Part shown: positions 11,704-20,452 of the stretch, piece after piece
Layout of the letters: every line of letters begins with the position of its first letter
Numbering within the stretch: position 1 is the first letter of the stretch
Program-made: the position numbers and the translations under genes
From: an uncultured Gammaproteobacteria bacterium
Lineage (GTDB): Bacteria; Patescibacteriota; Microgenomatia; Daviesbacterales; UBA10151
Reading direction: 5' to 3'
Assembly (NCBI GenBank): GCA_964547465.1
Contig: CAZJNI010000004.1
Span: 19,927-83,926 of the forward strand
Length of the DNA stretch: 64,000 bases
Notes under the pieces: generated by a model
What the model saw: the letters and a program-made list of their open reading frames with translations, nothing else
The model's database searches: none
Told to the model about the DNA's origin: nothing

Positions 11704-11928
11704 ATGGACAGTAAATTAAGACAGGAAAAATTAAAAATGTGGAAAGAAAATCTAGCTAATTTGGAAAAACAACTGGCAGAGATTTTAATTAAAAAAGGCC
11801 AGGCGGCACAGGAGGGCGATTTATCTGAAAACGCAGCCTACAGCATGGCAATTGAAGATTCTGAAACAGCCAGAGTCAGGATTGAAGAAGTTAAAAAAAT
11901 TATTAAAGATTTGGAAGAGAGTAAATAA
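11704..11928 (+). CDS. GreA N-terminal coiled-coil domain only (74 aa)
   Basis: [10 protein letters not shown] signature; no C-terminal domain; stop overlaps fusA start (TAATG). Confidence 0.85.
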   Translation: MDSKLRQEKLKMWKENLANLEKQLAEILIKKGQAAQEGDLSENAAYSMAIEDSETARVRIEEVKKIIKDLEESK

Positions 11929-14072
11929 TGGCTGTAACTAAGACCAAACGTGATTTTCCACTAGATCGTATACGTAATATTGGTATTATTGCCCATATTG
12001 ATGCCGGGAAAACTACTACCACCGAGCGAATCCTCTTTTATACAGGAAGATCCTACAAAATCGGTAATATTGATGAGGGAACAACTGTAACCGACTGGAT
12101 GGAACAGGAGCGGGAGCGTGGTATAACTATTGTTTCTGCCGCAATTACCACTTTTTGGACAGTCAAAAAAGACCAGGGATTATTTAAAGATTTAGAAACC
12201 AGAATTAACTTAATTGATACTCCGGGACACGTTGATTTTACAGCAGAGGTGGAAAGATCTTTGCGTGTTTTAGATGGAGCGGTGATTGTTTTGGATAGCT
12301 CTTCCGGCGTCCAATCTCAAACAGAGACTGTCTGGAGACAGGCTAATAAATATGGGGTACCCTTGATTGCTTTTGCCAACAAAATGGATGTGGTGGGTGC
12401 GGATTTTATGGCTACAATACAATCTGCCAGGGATAGGCTGGGAGCTAATGCTGTTGCCTATAATTTGCCAATTGGCAAAGAAAATGATTTTAAAGGTGTG
12501 GTAGATTTGCTTACTCAAAAAGCATATGAGTGGATGGGTGATGAAACAGGCGCCATGTTTAATGAGATAGAAATCCCCTCTGATATGGCAGATAGCGTAA
12601 AAATAGCCCGGGAAAAGCTGGTTGAGGAAATTTCCGGTTGCGATGATGTTTTAATGGAAAAATATCTGGGTGGGCAGGAAATGTCTGTGGAAGAGTTAAA
12701 AATAGCCCTAAGGAAAGCGGTGATTGGAAATAAAATTGTGCCTGTTATGGCAGGATCATCTCTGCGGAATAAAGGTGTTCAGCCAATGTTGGATAGTGTG
12801 GTGGAATATCTGCCATCCCCCCAGGATATTATCTCCTTTAAAGGCAAAAATCCAAAAACCGGGGAGGAAGAGGAAAGAAAATCTGATCCGAGTGCTCCTC
12901 TTTCTGCTCTAGCCTTTAAAATTCAGGTTGATCCCCATGTTGGAAAATTAACTTATATTAGAGTTTATTCAGGAACGCTAAAAAGCGGAACATATGTTTA
13001 TAATTCCACCAAACAGATTAAAGAAAGAGTCGGTAGATTGTTGTTAATGCATGCCAATGACCGGGAAGAGATAGACGAGGCATATGCCGGAGAGATTGTG
13101 GCAGCTGTTGGACTTAAAGATACAATTACCGGAGATACGCTTTGTGATGAAAATGCTTTGATCGTCTTAGAATCTATCAATTTCCCTGATCCTGTTATAT
13201 CACTCGCAATTGAGCCAAAGACAAAGTCAGATCAGGAAAAGTTAGGCTATGCCCTAAACCGTCTTGCAGAAGAAGATCCAACATTTAGAGTAAAGTCTGA
13301 CCCTGAAACCGGACAAACAATTATTGCCGGAATGGGTGAGCTGCAGCTGGAAATTTTAGTTGAAAGGATGAAAAGAGAATTTAAGGTGGATGCTAATGTG
13401 GGTCAGCCACAAGTTGCATATAAAGAGACTATTACCAAAGCGGCTGAAGGAGAAGGCAAGTATATCCGTCAAACAGGAGGCAGAGGTCAGTATGGTCATT
13501 GTTTGCTCAAGATTGAACCACTTCCTCGCGGCCTTGGTCGGGAATTTGAATCAGCAGTGGTGGGTGGAGCAATTCCCAGAGAATTTATTCCGCCAATTGA
13601 AAAAGGTGTGATTGAAAAAGAAGACACCGGAATTCTGGCAGGATATCCGCTAACAGATATAAAAGTGACTGTTTATGATGGTTCATTCCATGATGTTGAT
13701 TCCTCTGAAGTTGCATTTAAAATCGCTGCATCTTTGGGTTTATCTGAAGCTGCCAAAAAAGCAGACATGATTTTGCTTGAGCCAATCATGAAGGTGGAAG
13801 TGACCACTCCTGATGAGTTCATGGGAGATGTGATTGGGGATTTATCTTCTAAAAGAGCTCAAATTTTAGGAAGCTATAAAAGAGGAAATTATACTGTGAT
13901 TGATGCGCTGGTGCCTTTGGCAGAAATGCATGGATATGCAACAGCTTTGAGGAGTATGTCTCAAGGCCGGGCCGGATATTACATGGAAGCAGACCACTAT
14001 GACCCGGTGCCCAAAAATATTACGGAGAAAATTGTGGAAACTTCAGGATTTACCGGTCGAGTTGAGCATTAA
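11928..14072 (+). CDS. fusA: Elongation factor G
   Basis: [29 protein letters not shown]. Confidence 0.99.
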   Translation: MAVTKTKRDFPLDRIRNIGIIAHIDAGKTTTTERILFYTGRSYKIGNIDEGTTVTDWMEQERERGITIVSAAITTFWTVKKDQGLFKDLETRINLIDTPGHVDFTAEVERSLRVLDGAVIVLDSSSGVQSQTETVWRQANKYGVPLIAFANKMDVVGADFMATIQSARDRLGANAVAYNLPIGKENDFKGVVDLLTQKAYEWMGDETGAMFNEIEIPSDMADSVKIAREKLVEEISGCDDVLMEKYLGGQEMSVEELKIALRKAVIGNKIVPVMAGSSLRNKGVQPMLDSVVEYLPSPQDIISFKGKNPKTGEEEERKSDPSAPLSALAFKIQVDPHVGKLTYIRVYSGTLKSGTYVYNSTKQIKERVGRLLLMHANDREEIDEAYAGEIVAAVGLKDTITGDTLCDENALIVLESINFPDPVISLAIEPKTKSDQEKLGYALNRLAEEDPTFRVKSDPETGQTIIAGMGELQLEILVERMKREFKVDANVGQPQVAYKETITKAAEGEGKYIRQTGGRGQYGHCLLKIEPLPRGLGREFESAVVGGAIPREFIPPIEKGVIEKEDTGILAGYPLTDIKVTVYDGSFHDVDSSEVAFKIAASLGLSEAAKKADMILLEPIMKVEVTTPDEFMGDVIGDLSSKRAQILGSYKRGNYTVIDALVPLAEMHGYATALRSMSQGRAGYYMEADHYDPVPKNITEKIVETSGFTGRVEH

Positions 14073-14362
14073 TCTTTTTTATGAAGAATAAAATAATGAC
14101 TAAGCTGTTGGTAGGTTTCAGCATTTTTAGCGGTTTTTAACCCGTGGATCATCTGACTCCTGATTCTTTGCTCAACTATTTCTATAGACTCATTAGGCCA
14201 ACCTCCAGCTTTTATACCTAGGGGAATAAATTCTAAATAAGTAAATCTTCCAACAGCTATTTTTAGTTGTGACTGTATTACTGGTATTTCGCAGGTTTGT
14301 ACCCATGTTGTTCCTGTATCAGCTACAGGAATTAAATATTCTCCAAGTTCAATTTTTCCCAT
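14069..14362 (-). CDS. Hypothetical protein
   Basis: 97-aa ORF filling the gap; TG-T-TAAAAT 7 nt before ATG. Confidence 0.6.
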   Translation of the reverse strand: MGKIELGEYLIPVADTGTTWVQTCEIPVIQSQLKIAVGRFTYLEFIPLGIKAGGWPNESIEIVEQRIRSQMIHGLKTAKNAETYQQLSHYFILHKKD

Positions 14363-14401
14363 CAGAGGATTTTAACAGGAAGAAGCTGGGGAATCAAATA
14401 T

Positions 14402-14430
14402 TTGACAAAGAAGTAAATTTTATCTAAGCT
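14402..14430 (+). promoter_or_regulatory. Promoter, leaderless-type
   Basis: TTGACA-17 nt-TAAGCT, then 7 nt to ATG 14438. Confidence 0.6.
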
Positions 14431-14437
14431 GGAATTA

Positions 14438-15052
14438 ATGTCTAATTCAAATCAAGACAAAGGCTCGGCTCACCTTGTGGCTATATTATCAGTTGGCCTT
14501 GGAGCTCTTTTAGTTATTTCTTCTGCAATACCAGTTAACAGAAACTACAATGACGGAAAGTCTGATGTAGCCGGAGTATATCTGGCCAAAGGAGATGCCT
14601 CTAAATCCGCAATGATGGAAAAGCAGGATTTTAAGATTGCAACGTCCGGTGGCCAAACAGCTTTGGTGAATAAAAGAGTAGGAGCTTTGTCAAATTTCCC
14701 AATATCTGTTGACCCGGTCACCAAACAGCTAACTGTCACCACCCCGGCAGGATCTAAAATAGTAGCAGTTTTACCACAGCAGGCAATAGATAATATGCTG
14801 GCGTCACATGTAATGACTGATGTGATGGGAGAAAAGGTAAATAGTGAGCTGGCAAGCATTCCCAGTCTGGTAAAATTGGAGGAGAAAAACGGGGTGTTGG
14901 TTTATAAAGTTAAAGGAACAAAAACCCATAAATTGTTAGGTTTTATCCCCATAAAGACCGGAGTTGAGGCTTTTGTTTCAGCTGAAAACGGCCAGGTTGT
15001 TGAAAGCACTGATTCTCTTCTTGGCAGGATCCTCAACAGACTTGCTCCTTAA
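14438..15052 (+). CDS. Secreted or membrane-anchored hypothetical protein with PepSY-like C-terminus
   Basis: N-terminal hydrophobic helix; VYKV...LLGFIPI...VSAENGQVV pattern. Confidence 0.65.
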   Translation: MSNSNQDKGSAHLVAILSVGLGALLVISSAIPVNRNYNDGKSDVAGVYLAKGDASKSAMMEKQDFKIATSGGQTALVNKRVGALSNFPISVDPVTKQLTVTTPAGSKIVAVLPQQAIDNMLASHVMTDVMGEKVNSELASIPSLVKLEEKNGVLVYKVKGTKTHKLLGFIPIKTGVEAFVSAENGQVVESTDSLLGRILNRLAP

Positions 15053-15061
15053 AGATAACCC

Positions 15062-15090
15062 TTGCAAAAGTATGCAATTCCCGCTAAAAT
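15062..15090 (+). promoter_or_regulatory. tuf promoter
   Basis: TTGCAA-17 nt-TAAAAT, then 9 nt to ATG. Confidence 0.6.
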
Positions 15091-15099
15091 AACAAGATT

Positions 15100-16284
15100 A
15101 TGGCTGAACAGAAAAAATTTGATAGAAGTAAACCACACGTTAATGTTGGGACCATGGGTCATGTTGACCATGGTAAGACAACTTTAACCGCAGCAATTAC
15201 TAATGTTTTGGCTGCCAAAGGTCTGGCAGAGAAAAGGTCAGTTGATCAAATTGACAATGCTCCAGAGGAAAAAGCCCGCGGTATTACTATTAACATTTCC
15301 CACCAGGAATATGAGACAGAAAAAAGGCATTATGCTCATATAGACATGCCTGGACACGCAGACTATATTAAAAACATGATTACCGGCGCCGCCCAAACAG
15401 ATGGCGCCATTTTAGTGGTTTCTGCTCCTGACGGACCAATGCCACAAACTCGTGAGCATCTTTTGCTTGCCAGACAGGTTGGAGTTCCGGCAATTGTGGT
15501 TTTCTTAAATAAAGTAGACATGGTTGATGATCCGGAATTACTTGATTTGGTGGAAGAAGAAGTTAGAGACTTACTTAAAAAATATGAATACGATCCGCAA
15601 TCTCCCATAATTCGTGGAAGCGCTAAAAAAGCACTTGAAGGTGACGCTGAATCTGTTAAAGCAATTGAAGAATTAATGGCTAAAGTGGATGAGTGGATTC
15701 CAACTCCAGTTCGTGATGTAGAAAAACCATTTTTAATGGCTGTGGAGGATGTTTTCTCAATCAAGGGTCGTGGAACTGTAGTAACTGGCCGTATTGAGCG
15801 AGGTAAGGTTAAAGTTAACGAGGAAATTGAAATTGTGGGTATTAGACCTACAAAGAAGTCTGTTGTAACTGGAATTGAAATGTTTCATAAAATGCTTGAT
15901 GAAGGTCAGGCCGGTGATAATGCCGGAATTTTGCTCCGCGGAATTGAAAAAGATGATGTAGAACGTGGACAAGTTTTAGCCAAACCAGGCTCAATTACCC
16001 CTCATAGCGAGTTTGAAGCAGAAGTTTATATTTTATCCAAAGAAGAAGGGGGACGTCACACTCCATTTTTCAAAGGCTACAGACCACAATTTTATATCAG
16101 GACAACTGATGTGACTGGTGAAGTGACTCTACCTGCAGGCACAGAAATGGCTATGCCGGGAGATACTGTTAAAGTTACCGGAAAATTAATTACACCGGTT
16201 GCTATGGAAGATGGTTTGAGATTTGCCATCCGGGAGGGTGGAAAAACTGTTGGAGCTGGAGTAATAACGAAAATTATTGCTTAG
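15100..16284 (+). CDS. tuf: Elongation factor Tu
   Basis: [29 protein letters not shown]. Confidence 0.99.
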   Translation: MAEQKKFDRSKPHVNVGTMGHVDHGKTTLTAAITNVLAAKGLAEKRSVDQIDNAPEEKARGITINISHQEYETEKRHYAHIDMPGHADYIKNMITGAAQTDGAILVVSAPDGPMPQTREHLLLARQVGVPAIVVFLNKVDMVDDPELLDLVEEEVRDLLKKYEYDPQSPIIRGSAKKALEGDAESVKAIEELMAKVDEWIPTPVRDVEKPFLMAVEDVFSIKGRGTVVTGRIERGKVKVNEEIEIVGIRPTKKSVVTGIEMFHKMLDEGQAGDNAGILLRGIEKDDVERGQVLAKPGSITPHSEFEAEVYILSKEEGGRHTPFFKGYRPQFYIRTTDVTGEVTLPAGTEMAMPGDTVKVTGKLITPVAMEDGLRFAIREGGKTVGAGVITKIIA

Positions 16285-16290
16285 CTCAAG

Positions 16291-16366
16291 TTGTCATTGC
16301 GAGCCCGAAGGGCGTGGCAATCTTATTAATAAGATCCTCACGTCGCTTCGCTCCTCAGGATGACAA
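16291..16366. repeat. GTCAT-tagged palindromic REP-like doublet between tuf and rpsJ
   Basis: ttgtcattgcgag-cccgaaggg-cgtggcaatct...agatcctcacg-tcgcttcgctc-ctcaggatgacaa. Confidence 0.9.
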
Positions 16367-16397
16367 TATAGTATAATTTGCACATTGAAAGGGAAAT

Positions 16398-16706
16398 ATG
16401 CCAAGAGGAAGAATCAGAGTAAAACTGAAAAGTTTTGATCACCGGGTACTAGATCATACCTGTGAATCCCTTTTGGATACAGCCCTTCGAACCGGAGCTA
16501 AAATTGTTGGCCCAGTCCCCTTACCTACAAAAATTGAGCGAATTACAGTTTTAACCTCCCCGCATACAGATAAAGATAGCAGGGAAGCATTTGAAATAAA
16601 AACCCACAAAAGAATGATTGATATAGTTGAGCCTACCCAAAAAACCATAGACTCCCTGATGCATCTTGAAATCCCGGCCGGAGTTGACATAGAAGTAAAA
16701 ATGTAG
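16398..16706 (+). CDS. rpsJ: 30S ribosomal protein S10
   Basis: [31 protein letters not shown]. Confidence 0.98.
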   Translation: MPRGRIRVKLKSFDHRVLDHTCESLLDTALRTGAKIVGPVPLPTKIERITVLTSPHTDKDSREAFEIKTHKRMIDIVEPTQKTIDSLMHLEIPAGVDIEVKM

Positions 16707-16723
16707 TATAAAATGAAGCTAAT

Positions 16724-17287
16724 ATGGTAGAAAAGGGTCCACAGGTTACATGGAAAGAATATAATGAATGGTATCGGGCTACTCGTGATCAAAGGATTGA
16801 AGGGGAGCTAGCATATGGACAATGGCCTGAAGGAACACCACAAATCTTCATTGATTTAGAAAAGAGAATACCTTCTGAAGAAAGGTCAGATTGGCATCTC
16901 TTAGAGCTTTTTGCTGGACGACATCCGCGTAAGTGGAAATTTACAAGACCATCAATTGAAGAAATTTTAGCCAGACCTGCTGATTATGCAGCTATAAAAG
17001 AAGAAGAATCTAGAAAAAGAATAGAGGCAAGGGGAGGAAAATTATTAAAAGAGCAAGTGGAAGAGGTTTTGGATACTTTGACTGATAGAGAAAACAGAGT
17101 AATGAGGTTAAGATTTGGTTTAGAGGATGGTCGCTCTAGAACCTTAAAAGAGGCTGGTATTGAGTTTGGAATGGAAGTTAGAGGACAGGCCTATTCTGGG
17201 GAAAGAATTCGTCAAATAGAGGCTAAAGCTTTGCGGAAACTTAGACGTCCTTCAATAGTACAACCCCTTCAAGACTATTTAGCATAG
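16724..17287 (+). CDS. Protein with RpoD-like sigma-70 region 4 HTH fused to an unknown N-terminus
   Basis: [39 protein letters not shown]; no region 2. Confidence 0.8.
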   Translation: MVEKGPQVTWKEYNEWYRATRDQRIEGELAYGQWPEGTPQIFIDLEKRIPSEERSDWHLLELFAGRHPRKWKFTRPSIEEILARPADYAAIKEEESRKRIEARGGKLLKEQVEEVLDTLTDRENRVMRLRFGLEDGRSRTLKEAGIEFGMEVRGQAYSGERIRQIEAKALRKLRRPSIVQPLQDYLA

Positions 17288-17377
17288 AATTATTCCAGCC
17301 TGCACTTTGCTAATCCCACTTCGGGAGTGTGATTTTCAATTAAAGTGTACGATCGTACAAGTATAAAAACATCCCTT

Positions 17378-17460
17378 CGTCATTGCGAAGCCACGAAGTG
17401 GCTGTGGCAATCTTATTTCAATAAGATTCCCACGACTTACTTCGTAAGTCTCGGGATGAC
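17378..17460. repeat. CGTCAT-tagged REP-like doublet abutting the GIY-YIG stop codon
   Basis: cgtcattgcgaag-ccacgaagtgg-ctgtggcaatct...agattcccacg-acttacttcgtaagt-ctcgggatgac. Confidence 0.9.
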
Positions 17461-17747
17461 TAGTTAATATTTTTGTATAGATCCTTGAGGCTTGGATTAA
17501 ATTTACTAATTAATTTTTCTTTTGCTGCTCTATTCCAACTTTTAATCTGTTTTTCTCGCTCAATCGCAGTTTCTGGGTCATAATAAACTTCATAAAATAG
17601 AAGTTCATGAACCTGATATTTTTGGGTGAATCCTTTTACCAGATTATTTTTATGTTGCCAAACTCTTCTTAATAAGTTATTTGTGATTCCTGTGTATAAC
17701 ACTGTTCTAGTGAAGTTACTTAGGATATAGACATAATATTGTTTCAT
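17460..17747 (-). CDS. Stand-alone GIY-YIG nuclease (95 aa)
   Basis: YYVYIL...LYTGITNNLLRRVWQHK...GFTQKY...AIEREKQIKSWNRAAKEKLI...NP; start placed at ATG 17747, 6 nt after TATAAT. Confidence 0.92.
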   Translation of the reverse strand: MKQYYVYILSNFTRTVLYTGITNNLLRRVWQHKNNLVKGFTQKYQVHELLFYEVYYDPETAIEREKQIKSWNRAAKEKLISKFNPSLKDLYKNIN

Positions 17748-17763
17748 AAGATTATTATAGATA

Positions 17764-17838
17764 GGATCGCCACGCTTCGCTCGCGATGACGAGATAATAA
17801 GATTCCCACGGTCCGCCTTTGGCGGACCTCGGAATGAC
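17764..17838 (-). repeat. Two tandem single REP-like units upstream of the GIY-YIG gene
   Basis: Minus strand: gtcattccgag-gtccgccaaaggcggac-cgtgggaatct (17800-17838) and cgtcatcgcgag-cgaag-cgtggcgatcc (17764-17791). Confidence 0.88.
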
Positions 17839-17872
17839 AATGGTGGGTGCATGCCGGCTATGCATCCTTAGC

Positions 17873-18112
17873 TCATTCAGCCAGATATCCTTTTATTTCT
17901 TCAACTCTTTGCTGAAAGTTTAAAATATCTTCAGGCCAAAGTAGAAATGAATTTCTCCTTCTTTCTCCGTTTTCTCCAACAAAAGCTGATTCTGTTATTT
18001 TTAGATATCTTTTATTATTGGAAGCAACGTAGCAATCAAAGAAGAAAGTTCTTTTACCGCACTTTAACGTAGAAGATTGAACTGGTTTCCTGATCTCTTT
18101 CTGTTTGTCCAT
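17873..18112 (-). CDS. PUR-alpha-like (DUF3276) ssDNA/RNA-binding protein
   Basis: GKRTFFFD...KRYLKITES...RNSFLLWPED pattern; strong SD GGGGGTGAA. Confidence 0.8.
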   Translation of the reverse strand: MDKQKEIRKPVQSSTLKCGKRTFFFDCYVASNNKRYLKITESAFVGENGERRRNSFLLWPEDILNFQQRVEEIKGYLAE

Positions 18113-18230
18113 GCCTGTATATTCACCCCCTTTCCTAAATCTCTGATTCCATAATTACATTACCCCAATAAAACCCTAATGTCAAGTAGGTCAAAATATA
18201 TCAACCCCGCTGAGCGGGGTCAATTTGCCC

Positions 18231-18391
18231 TTGCATTTGAGCTTAAGTCTTGATACAATTGCCTAACATGATAAGGTCAGGTTAATTTTTAACCTTAAAT
18301 TTCAGTAGATCGTGCGTCGGGTTTTTCGATACGACGATTGAAGGCGAGATACTGAGTGAGCGCTCCAATAAAATGGGCCTCACTCTTTTTA
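18231..18391 (+). promoter_or_regulatory. Promoter and structured leader/attenuator of the rplC operon
   Basis: TTGCAT-17 nt-TACAAT; nested stems; gagtgag...ctcactc followed by TTTTT before the start codon. Confidence 0.6.
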
Positions 18392-18403
18392 ATGGATAAA
18401 TTT

Positions 18404-19210
18404 ATGATAAGTACATTACTCGGTATAAAAAAGAATATGACCAGCACTTATGATTCTCGTGGCAGAAGAGTCGGGGCAACTGTGGTTGAAATTCAGCCAA
18501 ATTTAGTTACCCAAATAAAGACTAAAGAGGGAAAAGACGGCTACGGGGGGATACAGCTCGGGTTTGGAACAAAAAGGTCTGTTAAAAAACCCCAACTCGG
18601 ACTTGGAAAAAAAATAGGGGTAGATCAACCAATCCGCTGGTTTAGGGAAGTTAAAATTGAAGGAGATCCCTCGACTTCGCTCGGGACTATTCAGCCTGGA
18701 CAAGCAATTACACTTGACCAGGTTTTTTCAATAGGAGACGCAATAAAAGTTCAGGGGACTTCCAAAGGTAAGGGTTTTCAAGGCGGAGTCAGAAGACATG
18801 GCTTCCATGGCGGATCAAGAACCCATGGTCAGTCAGATAGAATGAGAGCCCCAGGAGCGATTGGTTCCGGAACAACTCCGGGAAGAGTTTATAAAGGTAA
18901 AAAAATGGCAGGACATATGGGTAATATTTCTGTTAGCACTAAAAATTTGGAAGTTGTAGGACTGGATAAAGAGAAGAATTTATTGGTTATTAAAGGTGCA
19001 GTTCCCGGAGCAACAGGGGGACTTGTAACATTAACAAAACTTGGTCGGGTTAAAGGTTATACTCCTCCGCCGGAAGAAAAGCCGGATGAAGAAGGTGAAG
19101 GGGAAAGCGTAAAGGGTGAAGAAAAGATAGAAGGTCCACAAGAAACAGTAGCACAGCAACCAGCTGAAGAAGTAAAAACTGAGGAGGTAAAGACAGATGC
19201 CAAGAGTTAA
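18404..19210 (+). CDS. rplC: 50S ribosomal protein L3 with acidic C-terminal tail
   Basis: DGYGGIQLG, SKGKGFQG, RVYKGKKMAGHMG; start at ATG 18404. Confidence 0.98.
   Translation: MISTLLGIKKNMTSTYDSRGRRVGATVVEIQPNLVTQIKTKEGKDGYGGIQLGFGTKRSVKKPQLGLGKKIGVDQPIRWFREVKIEGDPSTSLGTIQPGQAITLDQVFSIGDAIKVQGTSKGKGFQGGVRRHGFHGGSRTHGQSDRMRAPGAIGSGTTPGRVYKGKKMAGHMGNISVSTKNLEVVGLDKEKNLLVIKGAVPGATGGLVTLTKLGRVKGYTPPPEEKPDEEGEGESVKGEEKIEGPQETVAQQPAEEVKTEEVKTDAKS
18663..18688. repeat. Degenerate single REP-like unit in frame in rplC
   Basis: gagatccctcgacttcgctcgggact, read as GDPSTSLGT. Confidence 0.65.
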
Positions 19211-20006
19211 AAAAAATTCAAATACTACGTCATTGCGAGCCCGCGAAGCGAGGCGTGGCAATCTCATTAAAAAGATTGCTTTGTCGTCAAAGACTCCTCG
19301 CAATGACAGGAGGATTTCTACCCGAGTCAGTTTATCTGTACCAGTGTGTTCATTAGCAGGTAGAGCTGCTGGAAATTTATCACTCCCTAAAGAATTTTTT
19401 GGAGCAGAGGTTAACAAAAAACTTTTAGCTCAAGCGCTAAGAGTTTATACAACTAATCAAAAAAGTTTAACCGGTAATACTAAAACCCGAGGTGAGGTTG
19501 AAGGGTCAACTGCCAAAATTTACAGACAAAAAGGGACAGGTCGGGCCAGGCATGGTGCAATCAGGGCTCCAATATTTGTTGGAGGAGGAATTACTTTTGG
19601 TCCTAAGGAGAGGAAAGTAAGATTAGATCTCCCCCAAAAAATGAAAAAATCTGCGCTAAAGTCTGCGCTGTCCTCTAAAGTAATAGATAAATCTGTAATG
19701 GGATTGTCTGGAATCGAGAAAGCATCAGGTAAGACAAAAGAAATAGCGAAATTAATGTATCAAGTATCAAGTATCAGGTATCAAGGGAAAGATAAAAAAT
19801 CTAAGAAGATTACCAGTACATTAATTGTAACAGGAGATAAGGTAGATAATATACTTCGTGGAGCTAGAAATATTCCAGGGGTTGATATTTTAACAGTTAA
19901 TTTAATTAATGCTTATGAGGTAGCAAGACATGATTTGCTACTTATTACCAAAGAAGCTGTAGATGTTTTAAGCGGAAAGGGTAAAGCGGAAAGGGTAAAG
20001 TTATGA
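19197..20006 (+). CDS. rplD: 50S ribosomal protein L4 with repeat-derived insertions
   Basis: TKTRGEV.GSTAKIYRQKGTGRARHG, RNIPGV. Confidence 0.97.
   Translation: MPRVKKNSNTTSLRAREARRGNLIKKIALSSKTPRNDRRISTRVSLSVPVCSLAGRAAGNLSLPKEFFGAEVNKKLLAQALRVYTTNQKSLTGNTKTRGEVEGSTAKIYRQKGTGRARHGAIRAPIFVGGGITFGPKERKVRLDLPQKMKKSALKSALSSKVIDKSVMGLSGIEKASGKTKEIAKLMYQVSSIRYQGKDKKSKKITSTLIVTGDKVDNILRGARNIPGVDILTVNLINAYEVARHDLLLITKEAVDVLSGKGKAERVKL
19228..19307. repeat. CGTCAT-tagged REP-like doublet in frame in rplD
   Basis: cgtcattgcgag...cgtggcaatct...agattgct...ctcgcaatgac, read as SLRAREARRGNLIKKIALSSKTPRND. Confidence 0.92.
19757..19784 (+). repeat. Heptamer array (GTATCAA x4) in rplD
   Basis: gtatcaa gtatcaa gtatcag gtatcaa, read as YQVSSIRYQ. 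Confidence 0.85.
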
Positions 20007-20434
20007 TAATTTTGAAAAGACCAATAATTTCTGAAAAATCTATGAGACTTGCCAAGAGTGGTTTATATACTTTTGAAGTAGATAAAAAAGCCACCAAAGA
20101 CTTAATCTCTAAAGTTGTTGCCCAAACTTTCAATGTTAAAGTTTTAGGGGTTAAAGTAGCTAATGTTAAAGGGAAAATTAAGATGCAAAAGTCGGTAAGA
20201 AAATATTTTAAAACATCCACCATAAAAAAAGCTTTTGTACAAGTTAAAAAAGGTGAGAAAATTGCCATTTTTGAAACACCAAAAGATGAGGAAGCAGTGG
20301 TGACTACAGCTGAAGGTGAACCTCAAATTATGAGGGAGAAAAAAGATTTATTGGGTAGAACAAAGGTGAGAATTGAAAAGCGCGCAGTAGGTGCTGCACC
20401 AACAACCCAGAGGAAAGTGATAACAGGCAAGTAG
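20003..20434 (+). CDS. rplW: 50S ribosomal protein L23 with C-terminal extension
   Basis: RPIISEKS, YTFEV, KKAFV; operon position. Confidence 0.95.
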   Translation: MIILKRPIISEKSMRLAKSGLYTFEVDKKATKDLISKVVAQTFNVKVLGVKVANVKGKIKMQKSVRKYFKTSTIKKAFVQVKKGEKIAIFETPKDEEAVVTTAEGEPQIMREKKDLLGRTKVRIEKRAVGAAPTTQRKVITGK

Positions 20435-20452
20435 ATTTATGATTTAGGATTT

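Noticed and set aside
17346-17359. Palindrome TGTACGATCGTACA as another copy of the recA/TrpR-like motif
   Set aside because: Spacing differs and it lies between convergent gene ends, not at a promoter.
17460-17747. GIY-YIG as uvrC or an intron homing endonuclease
   Set aside because: Only 95 aa with no UvrC C-terminal or extra DNA-binding domains. It lies between genes, with no intron core or split host gene visible.
16291-17838. Repeats as a CRISPR array or IS ends
   Set aside because: No regular repeat-spacer period, no cas or transposase gene in the window, and the units are divergent hairpins.
17748-17852. 35-aa N-terminal extension of the GIY-YIG ORF in the track
   Set aside because: It is a translation of the two upstream repeat units. 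The domain starts at MKQYYVY, 6 nt after a TATAAT.
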